Shown here: piece by piece, positions 48,907 through 61,653 of the stretch
Layout of the letters: each line of letters begins with the position of its first letter
Numbering within the stretch: the first letter of the stretch is position 1
Sequence record: NC_054932.1
Direction: 5' to 3' (one strand)
DNA from: Escherichia phage teqdroes
DNA length: 64,000 nucleotides
Notes under the pieces: generated by a model
Databases searched by the model: none
The model's input: only the letters and a program-made list of their open reading frames with translations
What the model was told of the DNA's origin: nothing
Position numbers and translations under genes: made by a program

Positions 48907-51161
48907 TTAATGTTATCAAAAGTAGTGGTGTTTCTCAGAGCTTCGACCCACAAAAAATTATTAAAGTTTTATCTTGGGCAGCTGAAGGAACATCAGTAGA
49001 TCCTTATGAATTATATGAAAATATTAAATCTTATCTCCGTGATGGAATGACAACTGATGATATTCAGACTATTGTCATTAAGGCTGCTGCGAATTCTATT
49101 TCGGTTGAAGAGCCTGATTATCAATATGTAGCTGCACGCTGTTTAATGTTTGCTCTTCGTAAGCATGTTTACGGGCAGTATGAACCGCGTTCATTTATTG
49201 ACCATATTTCTTATTGCGTAAATGAAGGGAAATATGACCCTGAACTGCTGTCAAAATATTCAGCAGAAGAAATTACATTTTTAGAATCAAAAATTAAGCA
49301 CGAGCGGGATATGGAATTTACTTATTCCGGAGCGATGCAATTAAAAGAAAAATATCTAGTCAAAGATAAAACCACCGGTCAAATTTATGAAACTCCGCAG
49401 TTTGCATTTATGACTATTGGAATGGCATTGCATCAAGATGAACCTGTTGATAGACTAAAACACGTTATTCGTTTTTATGAAGCGGTATCTACTCGACAGA
49501 TTTCATTACCAACTCCTATTATGGCTGGCTGTCGTACTCCGACTCGACAGTTTAGTTCATGTGTTGTTATTGAGGCAGGTGATTCGCTGAAGTCTATCAA
49601 TAAGGCTTCCGCTTCAATTGTTGAATATATCTCCAAACGCGCTGGAATTGGTATTAACGTTGGTATGATTCGTGCCGAAGGTTCTAAGATTGGTACAGGT
49701 GAAGTACGTCATACTGGTGTTATTCCTTTTTGGAAACATTTTCAGACTGCTGTTAAATCATGCTCACAGGGTGGAATTCGTGGCGGCGCTGCTACTGCTT
49801 ATTATCCTATTTGGCATTTGGAAGTTGAAAATCTTCTCGTTTTGAAAAATAACAAAGGCGTAGAAGAAAACCGAATTCGTCATATGGATTATGGTGTTCA
49901 GCTGAATGATTTGATGATGGAACGATTCGGAAAGAACGATTACATTACTTTGTTCAGTCCACATGAAATGGGTGGTGAGCTTTATTATTCTTATTTTAAA
50001 GACCAAGACCGTTTCCGTGAATTATATGAAGCCGCAGAAAAAGACCCTAATATTCGTAAAAAGCGTATTAAAGCCCGTGAACTGTTTGAATTGCTAATGA
50101 CTGAACGCTCAGGAACAGCAAGGATTTATGTACAGTTCATTGATAATACGAATAACTATACTCCATTTATTCGTGAAAAGGCACCTATTCGTCAGAGCAA
50201 CTTGTGTTGTGAAATTGCTATTCCAACAAATGACGTGAATAGTCCTGATGCTGAAATTGGATTGTGTACGTTATCTGCATTTGTGTTAGATAACTTTGAT
50301 TGGCAAGACCAAGATAAAATTAATGAATTGGCAGAAGTTCAAGTTCGTGCTCTTGATAATCTTTTGGACTACCAAGGATATCCAGTTCCTGAAGCAGAAA
50401 AAGCTAAAAAGCGTCGAAACCTCGGCGTAGGTGTTACTAACTATGCAGCTTGGCTGGCAAGTAATTTTGCTTCTTATGAAGATGCTAACGATTTAACACA
50501 TGAACTATTTGAGAGATTGCAGTATGGACTCATTAAAGCATCCATTAAGCTCGCCAAAGAAAAAGGACCTTGCGAATATTATTCAGACACTCGTTGGTCT
50601 CGAGGCGAATTACCTATCGACTGGTACAATAAAAAGATTGACCAAATCGCAGCTCCAAAATACGTTTGTGACTGGTCGTCGCTGCGGGAAGACCTTAAGC
50701 TCTTTGGCATCCGTAATAGCACATTATCAGCACTTATGCCATGTGAGTCATCTTCCCAAGTTTCTAACAGTACAAACGGTATCGAGCCTCCACGTGGACC
50801 AGTCTCTGTTAAAGAATCAAAAGAGGGTTCCTTTAATCAAGTCGTGCCCAATATTGAGCATAACATAGACCTCTATGATTATACGTGGAAATTAGCTAAG
50901 AAAGGTAATAAACCTTATCTTACGCAGGTAGCTATTATGCTGAAATGGGTATGTCAATCAGCTTCAGCGAATACATATTATGACCCGCAGATTTTTCCAA
51001 AAGGAAAGGTTCCAATGTCAATAATGATTGATGACCTTTTGTATTTTTGGTATTTTGGCGGAAAAAATTTCTATTATCATAATACCCGCGATGGTTCTGG
51101 TACTGATGATTATGAAATAGAAACTCCAAAAGCTGAAGATTGTTCATCCTGTAAATTATGA
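48897..51161 (+). CDS. nrdA: ribonucleotide reductase class Ia large subunit
   Basis: 754 aa, ATP-cone N-terminus; matches T4 NrdA. Confidence 0.95.
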   Translation: MQLINVIKSSGVSQSFDPQKIIKVLSWAAEGTSVDPYELYENIKSYLRDGMTTDDIQTIVIKAAANSISVEEPDYQYVAARCLMFALRKHVYGQYEPRSFIDHISYCVNEGKYDPELLSKYSAEEITFLESKIKHERDMEFTYSGAMQLKEKYLVKDKTTGQIYETPQFAFMTIGMALHQDEPVDRLKHVIRFYEAVSTRQISLPTPIMAGCRTPTRQFSSCVVIEAGDSLKSINKASASIVEYISKRAGIGINVGMIRAEGSKIGTGEVRHTGVIPFWKHFQTAVKSCSQGGIRGGAATAYYPIWHLEVENLLVLKNNKGVEENRIRHMDYGVQLNDLMMERFGKNDYITLFSPHEMGGELYYSYFKDQDRFRELYEAAEKDPNIRKKRIKARELFELLMTERSGTARIYVQFIDNTNNYTPFIREKAPIRQSNLCCEIAIPTNDVNSPDAEIGLCTLSAFVLDNFDWQDQDKINELAEVQVRALDNLLDYQGYPVPEAEKAKKRRNLGVGVTNYAAWLASNFASYEDANDLTHELFERLQYGLIKASIKLAKEKGPCEYYSDTRWSRGELPIDWYNKKIDQIAAPKYVCDWSSLREDLKLFGIRNSTLSALMPCESSSQVSNSTNGIEPPRGPVSVKESKEGSFNQVVPNIEHNIDLYDYTWKLAKKGNKPYLTQVAIMLKWVCQSASANTYYDPQIFPKGKVPMSIMIDDLLYFWYFGGKNFYYHNTRDGSGTDDYEIETPKAEDCSSCKL

Positions 51162-51212
51162 TATAATTTGACTCACGGACGAGTCACTATCTATTAACTA
51201 AGCGGAAAATTT

Positions 51213-52382
51213 ATGAGCACAGTTTTTAATACAAATCCAGTTGATGTTTTAAAAGAACCTATGTTCTTCGGTTCAGGTCTTGGTATTGCGCGTTATGATA
51301 TTCAACGCCATAAAGTTTTTGAAGATTTAACCGAAAAGCAATTATCATTTTTCTGGCGTCCTGAAGAAGTAAACTTGATGATGGATGCTGCACAATTTAA
51401 CAAGCTTCCTCAGTATCAGCAAGATATTTTTACTAATAACCTGAAGTATCAATCACTTCTAGATAGCATTCAGGGTCGTGCACCGTCTGCTGTACTTATG
51501 TCATTAATTTCAGATCCAAGCCTTGATACATGGGTTGCTACATGGACTTTTAGCGAAACTATTCACAGTCGTTCATATACTCATATCATGCGAAATCTTT
51601 ATACTGATCCATCAAAGGTATTTGATGAGATTGTATTAGATAAAGCTATCATGAAACGTGCTGAATCTATTGGTCGTTATTATGATGACGTTCTAGTTAA
51701 GACTCGTGAATATCAGAATGCGGTTGAAGATTATGAAGGAATTTTATCAGAAGGATTTCGTAAAGAAGAGCTAGGCAAAGTTGTTGAATGTACTAAACGA
51801 GCACTAATGAAATCTCTTTACCTCTGCCTGCACGTAATCAACGCATTGGAAGCTATTCGTTTTTATGTATCTTTCGCATGTACCTTTAACTTCCATAAGA
51901 ACATGGAAATCATGGAAGGTAATGCCAAGATTATGAAGTTCATTGCACGTGATGAGCAGCTTCACCTTAAAGGCACCCAATATATTATTCGTCAACTTCA
52001 ACTTGGCACTGATGGTGATGAATGGGTTAAAATTGCTCAAGAGTGTGAACAAGAAGCAGTTGATATTTTCATGGAAGTTAACCGTCAAGAAAAAGACTGG
52101 GCAGTTCATTTATTTAAAGATGGCGATGTTCCTGGATTAAATACAAATAGCATGTGGAGCTTTATTGATTACTTAACTGTATCTCGTATGAAACAGTGTG
52201 GTCTTCCATGCCCAATTACTGATGCTCCGGTTAAACATCCGTATCCTTGGATTCGTGAATATCTTAATTCTGATAATGTTCAATCTGCACCGCAAGAAGT
52301 AGAACTGTCATCTTATCTTGTAGCACAGATTGATAATGACGTTGATGATAAAGTTATGATGAGTTTTAAAAAATATTTTTAA
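51213..52382 (+). CDS. nrdB: ribonucleotide reductase class Ia small subunit, uninterrupted
   Basis: 389-aa continuous ORF with di-iron ligand motifs; no intron. Confidence 0.9.
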   Translation: MSTVFNTNPVDVLKEPMFFGSGLGIARYDIQRHKVFEDLTEKQLSFFWRPEEVNLMMDAAQFNKLPQYQQDIFTNNLKYQSLLDSIQGRAPSAVLMSLISDPSLDTWVATWTFSETIHSRSYTHIMRNLYTDPSKVFDEIVLDKAIMKRAESIGRYYDDVLVKTREYQNAVEDYEGILSEGFRKEELGKVVECTKRALMKSLYLCLHVINALEAIRFYVSFACTFNFHKNMEIMEGNAKIMKFIARDEQLHLKGTQYIIRQLQLGTDGDEWVKIAQECEQEAVDIFMEVNRQEKDWAVHLFKDGDVPGLNTNSMWSFIDYLTVSRMKQCGLPCPITDAPVKHPYPWIREYLNSDNVQSAPQEVELSSYLVAQIDNDVDDKVMMSFKKYF

Positions 52383-52409
52383 GGAGTGGGCCGCAAGGCC
52401 CATTTTATT

Positions 52410-53997
<1,588 letters not shown>

Positions 53998-54000
53998 GCT

Positions 54001-54030
54001 GTTTACAAGTCCCTCATGTTGTGTTATAGT
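54001..54030 (+). promoter_or_regulatory. early promoter with -10 inside an inverted repeat
   Basis: GTTTAC at 54001-54006, TATAGT -10, flanked by AGTCCCTCATGTT/AACATGAGGACT. Confidence 0.5.
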
Positions 54031-54061
54031 AATCTTACTGACATAACATGAGGACTTTATG

Positions 54062-54565
54062 ATGGATTTGCAGCTTATTACTACTGAAATGGTCGTTGAA
54101 GCATACGGTGATACTACAGATGGGATTTCTGTATTTAAAGGAAATCGTCGAGTTGGATATATCACCGATCTTAAGAAAGATTTAGCTAAGCAAGTCAAGC
54201 GGAAAACGACCATTAAAGAATATCGAAATCGTCGTCTTGAGCAAGCCCGTGATATGCTTCCTGATGCGGTTGAAGAGATGAAAGTCTTTTTAGAAAATCA
54301 GCTTGCGAAATATGATTGTGATGTGTTCATTAATCAGACTCAACCTAATGTTCATATTAACAACTGTAAATGCTATATCATCGTTAATCCTTTGACGGGA
54401 AAACATCGTCTTGGAATTAGTAATCCAAATCGTAGCGCATCAGATATGGCAGAAGATGTTGAGGCATGCTTTAAAATTTCTAAATCTCCTGCTGAACATC
54501 ATATTTTAATTAACGGTCTTTCTCAAGACGATATTATAGAGGTTATTAAAACTTTATGCAATTAA
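54062..54565 (+). CDS. alc: Alc (blocks transcription of cytosine-containing DNA)
   Basis: 167 aa, MDLQLITTEMVVEAYGDTTDGISVFKGNRRVGY…; matches T4 Alc. Confidence 0.85.
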   Translation: MDLQLITTEMVVEAYGDTTDGISVFKGNRRVGYITDLKKDLAKQVKRKTTIKEYRNRRLEQARDMLPDAVEEMKVFLENQLAKYDCDVFINQTQPNVHINNCKCYIIVNPLTGKHRLGISNPNRSASDMAEDVEACFKISKSPAEHHILINGLSQDDIIEVIKTLCN

Positions 54566-54909
54566 GTAATACGACAGCAGGCTTGCTATTAATTGTAATT
54601 GCATTGGGCGGAACTTCTTTAATTTTAAAAAATAAAATTGAAAGATTAGAAACGTCTGTTGTAGAAATTACAAAAACGGCCAATGAAAACGCTTTAGCAT
54701 TAAATAATTTGCGAATTCAGTATAATTATATTGATGCGATGAATAATAAAAATCGTGAGGCAATTGCTGCTATTGAGCGTGAAAATGAAAAACTGCGCAA
54801 AGACGCAAAGAAGGCGGATGTGGTGGCTCATAAGCCAGGATTGGTTGAAAAACAAATCAACAACTCCTTCAACAAGTTCGCAGAAGACATCCAGGACCTT
54901 TCTAAATGA
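54556..54909 (+). CDS. membrane-anchored hypothetical protein (117 aa)
   Basis: N-terminal TM helix AGLLLIVIALGGTSLIL followed by a coiled-coil-like region. Confidence 0.5.
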   Translation: MQLSNTTAGLLLIVIALGGTSLILKNKIERLETSVVEITKTANENALALNNLRIQYNYIDAMNNKNREAIAAIERENEKLRKDAKKADVVAHKPGLVEKQINNSFNKFAEDIQDLSK

Positions 54910-55205
54910 TTAAACTATCAACAGTAATATTATCTATTGGTCTTCTAGTTGGTTGTTCGACAAAGCCTCTAGAAGTAAAGAAAGAAACAGTTCATCCTAA
55001 TTGGCCTGTACAAATAAAGTCATATGATGAAGCTAAACTATCTTGGCAAGTTAAAGTTATTGATGGTAAAGCTTGGGTCGGTATGCCATTTGAAGATTCC
55101 CAGGAATTTCGCATTTGGCTTAATGATGTAAAACGATATGTACATGATCAGAAAACTATGATATGTTATTATCGTCAAGAGTTAAAAGAGGATAAATGCA
55201 AATGA
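54906..55205 (+). CDS. putative lipoprotein (99 aa)
   Basis: Signal peptide with lipobox LLVGCS. Confidence 0.5.
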   Translation: MIKLSTVILSIGLLVGCSTKPLEVKKETVHPNWPVQIKSYDEAKLSWQVKVIDGKAWVGMPFEDSQEFRIWLNDVKRYVHDQKTMICYYRQELKEDKCK

Positions 55206-55426
55206 TTTCATGGCATCAATTTGAACATCTCAAAGGATTGATTTATGAATCCGAGATGGCTGCAATGATTTATGGACGCCAGATTCAACGGTTAGAATCT
55301 TTACCTCCAACTAATGATGTTTTATTAGCTCAATCTCGGGCTAATCTTAAAAATGAATACCAAAATAAGTGGGGTAAAGCATCTAAAGACTTGCATGATT
55401 ATATTCAATCATTGGTTGAGAAATAA
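55196..55426 (+). CDS. hypothetical protein (76 aa)
   Basis: ORF. Confidence 0.45.
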   Translation: MQMISWHQFEHLKGLIYESEMAAMIYGRQIQRLESLPPTNDVLLAQSRANLKNEYQNKWGKASKDLHDYIQSLVEK

Positions 55427-55429
55427 TAA

Positions 55430-56654
<1,225 letters not shown>

Positions 56655-56655
<1 letters not shown>

Positions 56656-56852
56656 TGGCGTGGCATCATGAAACTTGGTCTATTGTTATTGTAAATAGTG
56701 GTTTAGTTGGTACTAGTAATGGGCAATTTTGTGTATTCACTAGTGAAATAAGAGCTTGGGAGGAATGCCTTAAATTAAGAGAAAAGAATCCTGATATTGA
56801 ACTAACAGTAAAGAAAACTAAACTACCTTTACCATGGAAAACTTATGAATAA
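56655..56852 (+). CDS. hypothetical protein (65 aa)
   Basis: ORF with TAATG overlap. Confidence 0.4.
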
Positions 56853-57045
56853 TATAGAAAAGATTTATCGTCTTTGTGATAAAATTGAAAAAGAAAAGAA
56901 ATATCTATTTTGTTTATGGCCTATTGTTGATGGAAGAGTAGGCTTAGATGTTCTTGATTATGAAACAGAAGACAAAGTAGATGGTTCAACTTTTGATAAT
57001 GCGTTGGATGTTATTGATTGGCTTGAAGAAAATTATGTGAGGTAA
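56845..57045 (+). CDS. hypothetical protein (66 aa)
   Basis: ORF. Confidence 0.4.
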   Translation: MNNIEKIYRLCDKIEKEKKYLFCLWPIVDGRVGLDVLDYETEDKVDGSTFDNALDVIDWLEENYVR

Positions 57046-57047
57046 AT

Positions 57048-57323
57048 ATGTTTCCGACTTATTCTAAAATCGTAGAAGTAGTGTTTAGTCAAATTATTGC
57101 TAATAATATGTTTGAAAAGCTTGATAACGCAGCTGAGCTTCGAATTCATGCTCAAGTGACTCATGTATTGAACACTTTGCTTCCAGACCAGGTGGATTCT
57201 ATTGCCATTACGCTGTATCCAGGTTCTGCGCATATCATTGTCGTATTTGGTCTTGATGCTGAGCTAGTCATCAAAGGCGATATTCGCTTTGAATCACAGA
57301 CATCAGAATTCAAGGCAATTTAA
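57048..57323 (+). CDS. hypothetical protein (91 aa)
   Basis: ORF. Confidence 0.45.
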   Translation: MFPTYSKIVEVVFSQIIANNMFEKLDNAAELRIHAQVTHVLNTLLPDQVDSIAITLYPGSAHIIVVFGLDAELVIKGDIRFESQTSEFKAI

Positions 57324-57325
57324 CA

Positions 57326-57364
57326 GTTTACTTTACGGTAGAGTTGTGATATTATAGCTCTACC
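57326..57364 (+). promoter_or_regulatory. early promoter with -10 inside an inverted repeat
   Basis: GTTTAC at 57326-57331; GGTAGAG/CTCTACC flanks TTGTGATATTATAG. Confidence 0.5.
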
Positions 57365-57385
57365 AAAACAAATGAGGAAATTGAA

Positions 57386-57913
57386 ATGAGCAAATGGTTT
57401 GAAGAAGATAAGGTTTATCACTTTAAAGCTGGATATAAAGATATTTTTAATGAAACTTGCGGGGCTAATAAACGAATTTCTCAGTTTATTGGGGAAAATT
57501 CATTTAAAGTAAAAATAGATCCTGCGAAAAATGTTATTAGCATTAAACGCGAAATTGACGATTGCTGGTATAAAGCTGTTGATGTAATGGGCGAATCTTA
57601 TAAAGATAGCCCGCTATTTTCAATTACTTATATGTCAGAATATTATTTTTTCGAAGAAGTTCAAAAAGATGACTCTATCAGTAAATTTGAAATTAAAACT
57701 GATAAAGAAATTAAGTGGAAAGTAGTAGGTATTACTGGTTGTATGTTTTATATCTATGCTCAAACTGATACGAAGGAAGAAGCTAAAAAGAAAGCTCTAG
57801 AATATCTTGAAGAGCATGAAGAAGGCCCGGTAATGATTACCCAAGATGCCGAATTAGTTTCTGTCAAATTAGTTAAAAACGTTGAAAGTAAGGAGCTGGG
57901 ATCAACATGCTAA
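57386..57913 (+). CDS. hypothetical protein (175 aa)
   Basis: ORF with GAGGAAA SD. Confidence 0.5.
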   Translation: MSKWFEEDKVYHFKAGYKDIFNETCGANKRISQFIGENSFKVKIDPAKNVISIKREIDDCWYKAVDVMGESYKDSPLFSITYMSEYYFFEEVQKDDSISKFEIKTDKEIKWKVVGITGCMFYIYAQTDTKEEAKKKALEYLEEHEEGPVMITQDAELVSVKLVKNVESKELGSTC

Positions 57914-58143
57914 GTGAAAAACCAATTACTGTTAAAGAATTCCAAGAAAAAGTTAAACTATTTGCTCAGGAATTGGTAAATAAGGTTTCTGAACGATTTC
58001 CAGAAACATCGGTTCGTGTTATTACCGAAACTCCTCGTTCAGTATTAGTAATTGTGAATCCAGGTGATGGTGACCAAATAACACATCTTAAACTGGATTT
58101 TGATGGATTAGTTGAAGCACAAAGGGTGTATGGCGTACTATGA
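57907..58143 (+). CDS. hypothetical protein (78 aa)
   Basis: ORF. Confidence 0.45.
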   Translation: MLSEKPITVKEFQEKVKLFAQELVNKVSERFPETSVRVITETPRSVLVIVNPGDGDQITHLKLDFDGLVEAQRVYGVL

Positions 58144-58478
58144 TGAATTTAACTGATATAATTGATAATTGTCTTGAAAATGATACTGGCGATCATAGAG
58201 CGCTTGATTCTGAAACAGCACAGTTCATTAGAATAACTTTAATGAATGATACTCTAGTGAATAGTATTCATCCTTCTGTGTATGATGCTATTATTGTGAC
58301 GAAATATCCAGTTGAGCTTCACAAAAAGATGGCTGGTGCAATTTTTATTGATAAGAAAAACCGCTTTAAAGATGGGCAGAATATAATTAGTTCTGTTATT
58401 AAAAGTATAACTAAACTTCGTCACGAAATTTATCGTGTTGAAACTGCTAAATCTGCTTATCTGGTGATTATGAAATGA
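58140..58478 (+). CDS. hypothetical protein (112 aa)
   Basis: ORF with ATGA overlap. Confidence 0.45.
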   Translation: MMNLTDIIDNCLENDTGDHRALDSETAQFIRITLMNDTLVNSIHPSVYDAIIVTKYPVELHKKMAGAIFIDKKNRFKDGQNIISSVIKSITKLRHEIYRVETAKSAYLVIMK

Positions 58479-59056
58479 AAGCGAGTACAGTACTTCAAAT
58501 TGCATATTTAGTATCACAAGAATCAAAATGTTGCTCCTGGAAGGTAGGAGCAGTAATTGAAAAGAATGGACGTATTATTTCTACCGGATATAACGGTTCT
58601 CCGGCAGGTGGTGTGAATTGCTGCGATTATGCTGCCGAGCAAGGTTGGTTGTTGAATAAACCTAAACATACTATCATTCAAGGTCATAAGCCTGAATGTG
58701 TATCATTTGGTTCAACTGATCGTTTTGTCTTGGCGAAAGAACATCGTAATGCTCACTCTGAATGGTCGTCTAAAAATGAAATTCATGCTGAACTAAATGC
58801 GATTTTGTTTGCTGCACGAAACGGTTCTTCTATTGAAGGTGCTACTATGTATGTAACACTTTCTCCTTGTCCAGATTGCGCAAAAGCGATAGCTCAATCT
58901 GGTATTAAAAAGCTGGTTTATTGCGAAACATATGATAAAAATAAACCTGGCTGGGATGATATTCTGCGAAATGCAGGTATTGAAGTGTTTAATGTTCCCA
59001 AGAAAAACTTGAATAAGTTAAACTGGGAAAATATCAACGAATTCTGTGGTGAATAA
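58475..59056 (+). CDS. cd: dCMP deaminase
   Basis: 193 aa; zinc motifs HAE…PCPDC. Confidence 0.9.
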   Translation: MKASTVLQIAYLVSQESKCCSWKVGAVIEKNGRIISTGYNGSPAGGVNCCDYAAEQGWLLNKPKHTIIQGHKPECVSFGSTDRFVLAKEHRNAHSEWSSKNEIHAELNAILFAARNGSSIEGATMYVTLSPCPDCAKAIAQSGIKKLVYCETYDKNKPGWDDILRNAGIEVFNVPKKNLNKLNWENINEFCGE

Positions 59057-59292
59057 TGAAATTTCGTTTGGTAAAGCTCACAGCAATTAGTTCTTATTCT
59101 AACGAGAACATCTCATTTGCTGTAGAGTATAAGAAATATTTTTTCTCTAAATGGAAACAGTATTATAAAACTGATTGGACTAGTATTGATAGACCATATA
59201 GTTGGAAATCTGATTTAGAAAAATGCCAAAAATTACTTTCCACCCTTAAAGAACGTGGAACAACTCATATTAAAACTGTAATAGGTAAATAA
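59056..59292 (+). CDS. hypothetical protein (78 aa)
   Basis: ORF. Confidence 0.45.
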   Translation: MKFRLVKLTAISSYSNENISFAVEYKKYFFSKWKQYYKTDWTSIDRPYSWKSDLEKCQKLLSTLKERGTTHIKTVIGK

Positions 59293-59601
59293 ATGAAACT
59301 GACAACTGAGCAGAAAGTAGCAATTCGTGAAATTTTGAAAACTAAATTGTCCATGGGTATTTCAAACGTGGTTTTTGAAAAGTCTGATGGTACTATTCGT
59401 ACTATGAAAGGCACCCGTGATGCTGACTTTATGCCAACTATGCAAACCGGTAAATTGACTGAATCTACTCGGAAAGAATCTACTGATATGATTCCGATAT
59501 TTGATGTTGAACTCGGTGCATGGCGAGGTTTTTCTATTGACAAATTGATTTCCGTTAATGGCATGAAAGTTGAGCATTTGCTTCAATTTATTGGTAAATA
59601 A
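59293..59601 (+). CDS. hypothetical protein (102 aa)
   Basis: ORF. Confidence 0.45.
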   Translation: MKLTTEQKVAIREILKTKLSMGISNVVFEKSDGTIRTMKGTRDADFMPTMQTGKLTESTRKESTDMIPIFDVELGAWRGFSIDKLISVNGMKVEHLLQFIGK

Positions 59602-59657
59602 ATGCTTTAAGAATTATTTGTTATTATTAATTCATCTGTTAACAAAAAGGAAAAACG

Positions 59658-59993
59658 ATGTCTGAAGTACAACAGCTACCAATTCGTGCTGTCGGTGAAT
59701 ATGTTATTTTAGTTTCTGAACCTGCGCAAGCCGGTGATGAAGAAGTTACAGAATCAGGACTTATTATTGGTAAACGTGTCCAAGGTGAAGTTCCTGAACT
59801 GTGTGTAGTTCACTCTGTTGGTCCTGATGTTCCTGAAGGTTTCTGCGAAGTTGGTGATTTGACTTCTCTTCCAGTTGGTCAAATTCGAAACGTTCCGCAT
59901 CCTTTTGTAGCTCTAGGTCTTAAGCAGCCAAAAGAAATTAAACAAAAATTTGTTACCTGTCACTATAAAGCTATTCCGTGTCTTTATAAGTGA
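59658..59993 (+). CDS. 31: gp31 co-chaperonin (GroES-like)
   Basis: 111 aa, [38 protein letters not shown]…; matches T4 gp31. Confidence 0.9.
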
Positions 59994-60001
59994 TATAAAT
60001 A
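59994..60001 (+). promoter_or_regulatory. late promoter (TATAAATA) upstream of rIII
   Basis: TATAAATA immediately after the gene 31 stop. Confidence 0.55.
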
Positions 60002-60119
60002 ATAATATGAATTGAGTTTCAATTCTATGTGGTAGTCTACAACTGAGAGATCTGTCGAAAGAAGATGAAATTCAGAAGAACGTGACTACCGAGTTTTAAT
60101 CTCTAACGAGAATTTTTAA

Positions 60120-60368
60120 ATGATTAAACAATTACAACACGCTCTTGAACTGCAACGAAACGCATGGAATAATGGTCACGAAAACTATGGCGCATCTATT
60201 GATGCTGAAGCCGAAGCTCTTGAAATCCTGCGTTATTTCAAACATCTGAATCCTGCTCAAACTGCATTAGCTGCTGAGCTTCAGGAAAAAGATGAACTTA
60301 AATATGCTAAGCCTCTGGCTTCTGCCGCACGAAAAGCAGTTCGTCACTTTGTGGTAACACTGAAGTAA
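60120..60368 (+). CDS. rIII: rIII lysis-inhibition accessory protein
   Basis: 82 aa; matches T4 rIII size and position. Confidence 0.8.
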   Translation: MIKQLQHALELQRNAWNNGHENYGASIDAEAEALEILRYFKHLNPAQTALAAELQEKDELKYAKPLASAARKAVRHFVVTLK

Positions 60369-60562
60369 TTTATTGGAGAGTCACTGCCTTAGTGTGAAGT
60401 TAAAACGAGGAGCCGTCGAACTTTGTTTTACGGTGTACCTCTTGAATGTTGACGAGGTTTATGGTTATCCTGTCGGTAAATATTCAAAACCTAAGTACCC
60501 CTTGAGGGCTTGCGCAGGCAATGCCAATAAGTCCTGCATTTTCATTTAAAAGAGAATTTATA

Positions 60563-60739
60563 ATGGCAAAACAAGCTAAAGCAAAGAAAGCAGTTGAAAA
60601 GAAAGTTGGTGATTCTAAACGCGCTGGTTACAAGCGTGGGTCGAACTCTCGTATCAATCAAACTGTTGAGAAGATCATGCGCCGAGCACGTGCGGTTCTT
60701 CGAGATGATGCTTCTCGTTTTGGTAAGCAGAAAGCATAA
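60563..60739 (+). CDS. small basic protein (58 aa)
   Basis: MAKQAKAKKAVEKKVGDSKRAGYKRG…; an in-frame upstream ATG at 60521 is also possible; SD weak. Confidence 0.4.
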   Translation: MAKQAKAKKAVEKKVGDSKRAGYKRGSNSRINQTVEKIMRRARAVLRDDASRFGKQKA

Positions 60740-60743
60740 GTTA

Positions 60744-60772
60744 AGGACTCCTTCGGGAGTCCTTTTTATTTT
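60744..60772 (+). terminator. rho-independent terminator
   Basis: AGGACTCC-TTCG-GGAGTCCT followed by a T-run; same hairpin as at 7445. Confidence 0.8.
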
Positions 60773-60791
60773 CCAAAGATTGCACAAAGTT

Positions 60792-60825
60792 GTTTACAGT
60801 ATGGCTCCTTTGTGATAGTATTATC
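60792..60825 (+). promoter_or_regulatory. early promoter
   Basis: GTTTAC at 60792-60797, TAGTATTAT -10 region. Confidence 0.5.
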
Positions 60826-60848
60826 TTACACAAACAAAGGAGAATAAA

Positions 60849-61217
60849 ATGAAAATCAATCTTAACTCATACATCAAAGGTAAAGACCACGACGGCTATA
60901 AAGCTATCGAAACTAAAGAACTTCAGTGGCACTTATACAAAGAACAATTTGAATTTGTAGGTTGCATGACTCCTGAAGGTCCTTCTGATGATTTCTCTTG
61001 GAAAATAATGTTAACTAACTTTTTTACTGGAGATACATACGAATTAAAAACTTTGATTCTTGGTAAAATTCGCTGTGAGACTTATGAAGATAAAGAAACT
61101 GGTTACTCTGAAGATGTTACGTGGTATCAAAATGGTCGTATTACCGCTGACCTCTTGATTGAAAAAATGAAAGCCAAAGGTGAATTAAATTTAGATAATT
61201 GGATTAAAGTTGCATAA
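60849..61217 (+). CDS. hypothetical protein (122 aa)
   Basis: ORF with AAGGAGAA SD. Confidence 0.5.
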   Translation: MKINLNSYIKGKDHDGYKAIETKELQWHLYKEQFEFVGCMTPEGPSDDFSWKIMLTNFFTGDTYELKTLILGKIRCETYEDKETGYSEDVTWYQNGRITADLLIEKMKAKGELNLDNWIKVA

Positions 61218-61222
61218 AATAG

Positions 61223-61261
61223 TTTACTTTGGTACAGGATATGATATTATATACCTGTACC
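61223..61261 (+). promoter_or_regulatory. early promoter with -10 inside an inverted repeat
   Basis: GTTTAC at 61223-61228; GGTACAGG/CCTGTACC flanks ATATGATATTATATA. Confidence 0.5.
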
Positions 61262-61287
61262 GCAATTAAACATCTTGGAGAATAAAA

Positions 61288-61653
61288 ATGAATTACATCA
61301 ACTTTGAACGTAAATATGTTTCTAACGGTATTGCAGGTTCTATTGATACTATCTGCCTTTGGAAACATCAAAATGGATCAGTATGCGAAATTGAACAGTA
61401 TATGACTCCTAACTACGTTTATATGCGATTTGAAAATGGCATCACGGTTTCAATCACGAAAGAAGGTTCTTCTTTTAAAATCGCATTGGATGATGATTTT
61501 CGTCAACGCGATTTAGGGACTCATCCTTGCTGGAATGGCGTTAATCGCAAGCTTCTGGTTAAAACTTGGATTCGTCATATTCTGAGTAACAGAGCTAAAC
61601 CTGAGCATCTTGAAGCAATCTTTGATGTAGTTCTTAACGAATTTGATATTTAA
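61288..61653 (+). CDS. hypothetical protein (121 aa)
   Basis: ORF with GGAGAA SD. Confidence 0.5.
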   Translation: MNYINFERKYVSNGIAGSIDTICLWKHQNGSVCEIEQYMTPNYVYMRFENGITVSITKEGSSFKIALDDDFRQRDLGTHPCWNGVNRKLLVKTWIRHILSNRAKPEHLEAIFDVVLNEFDI

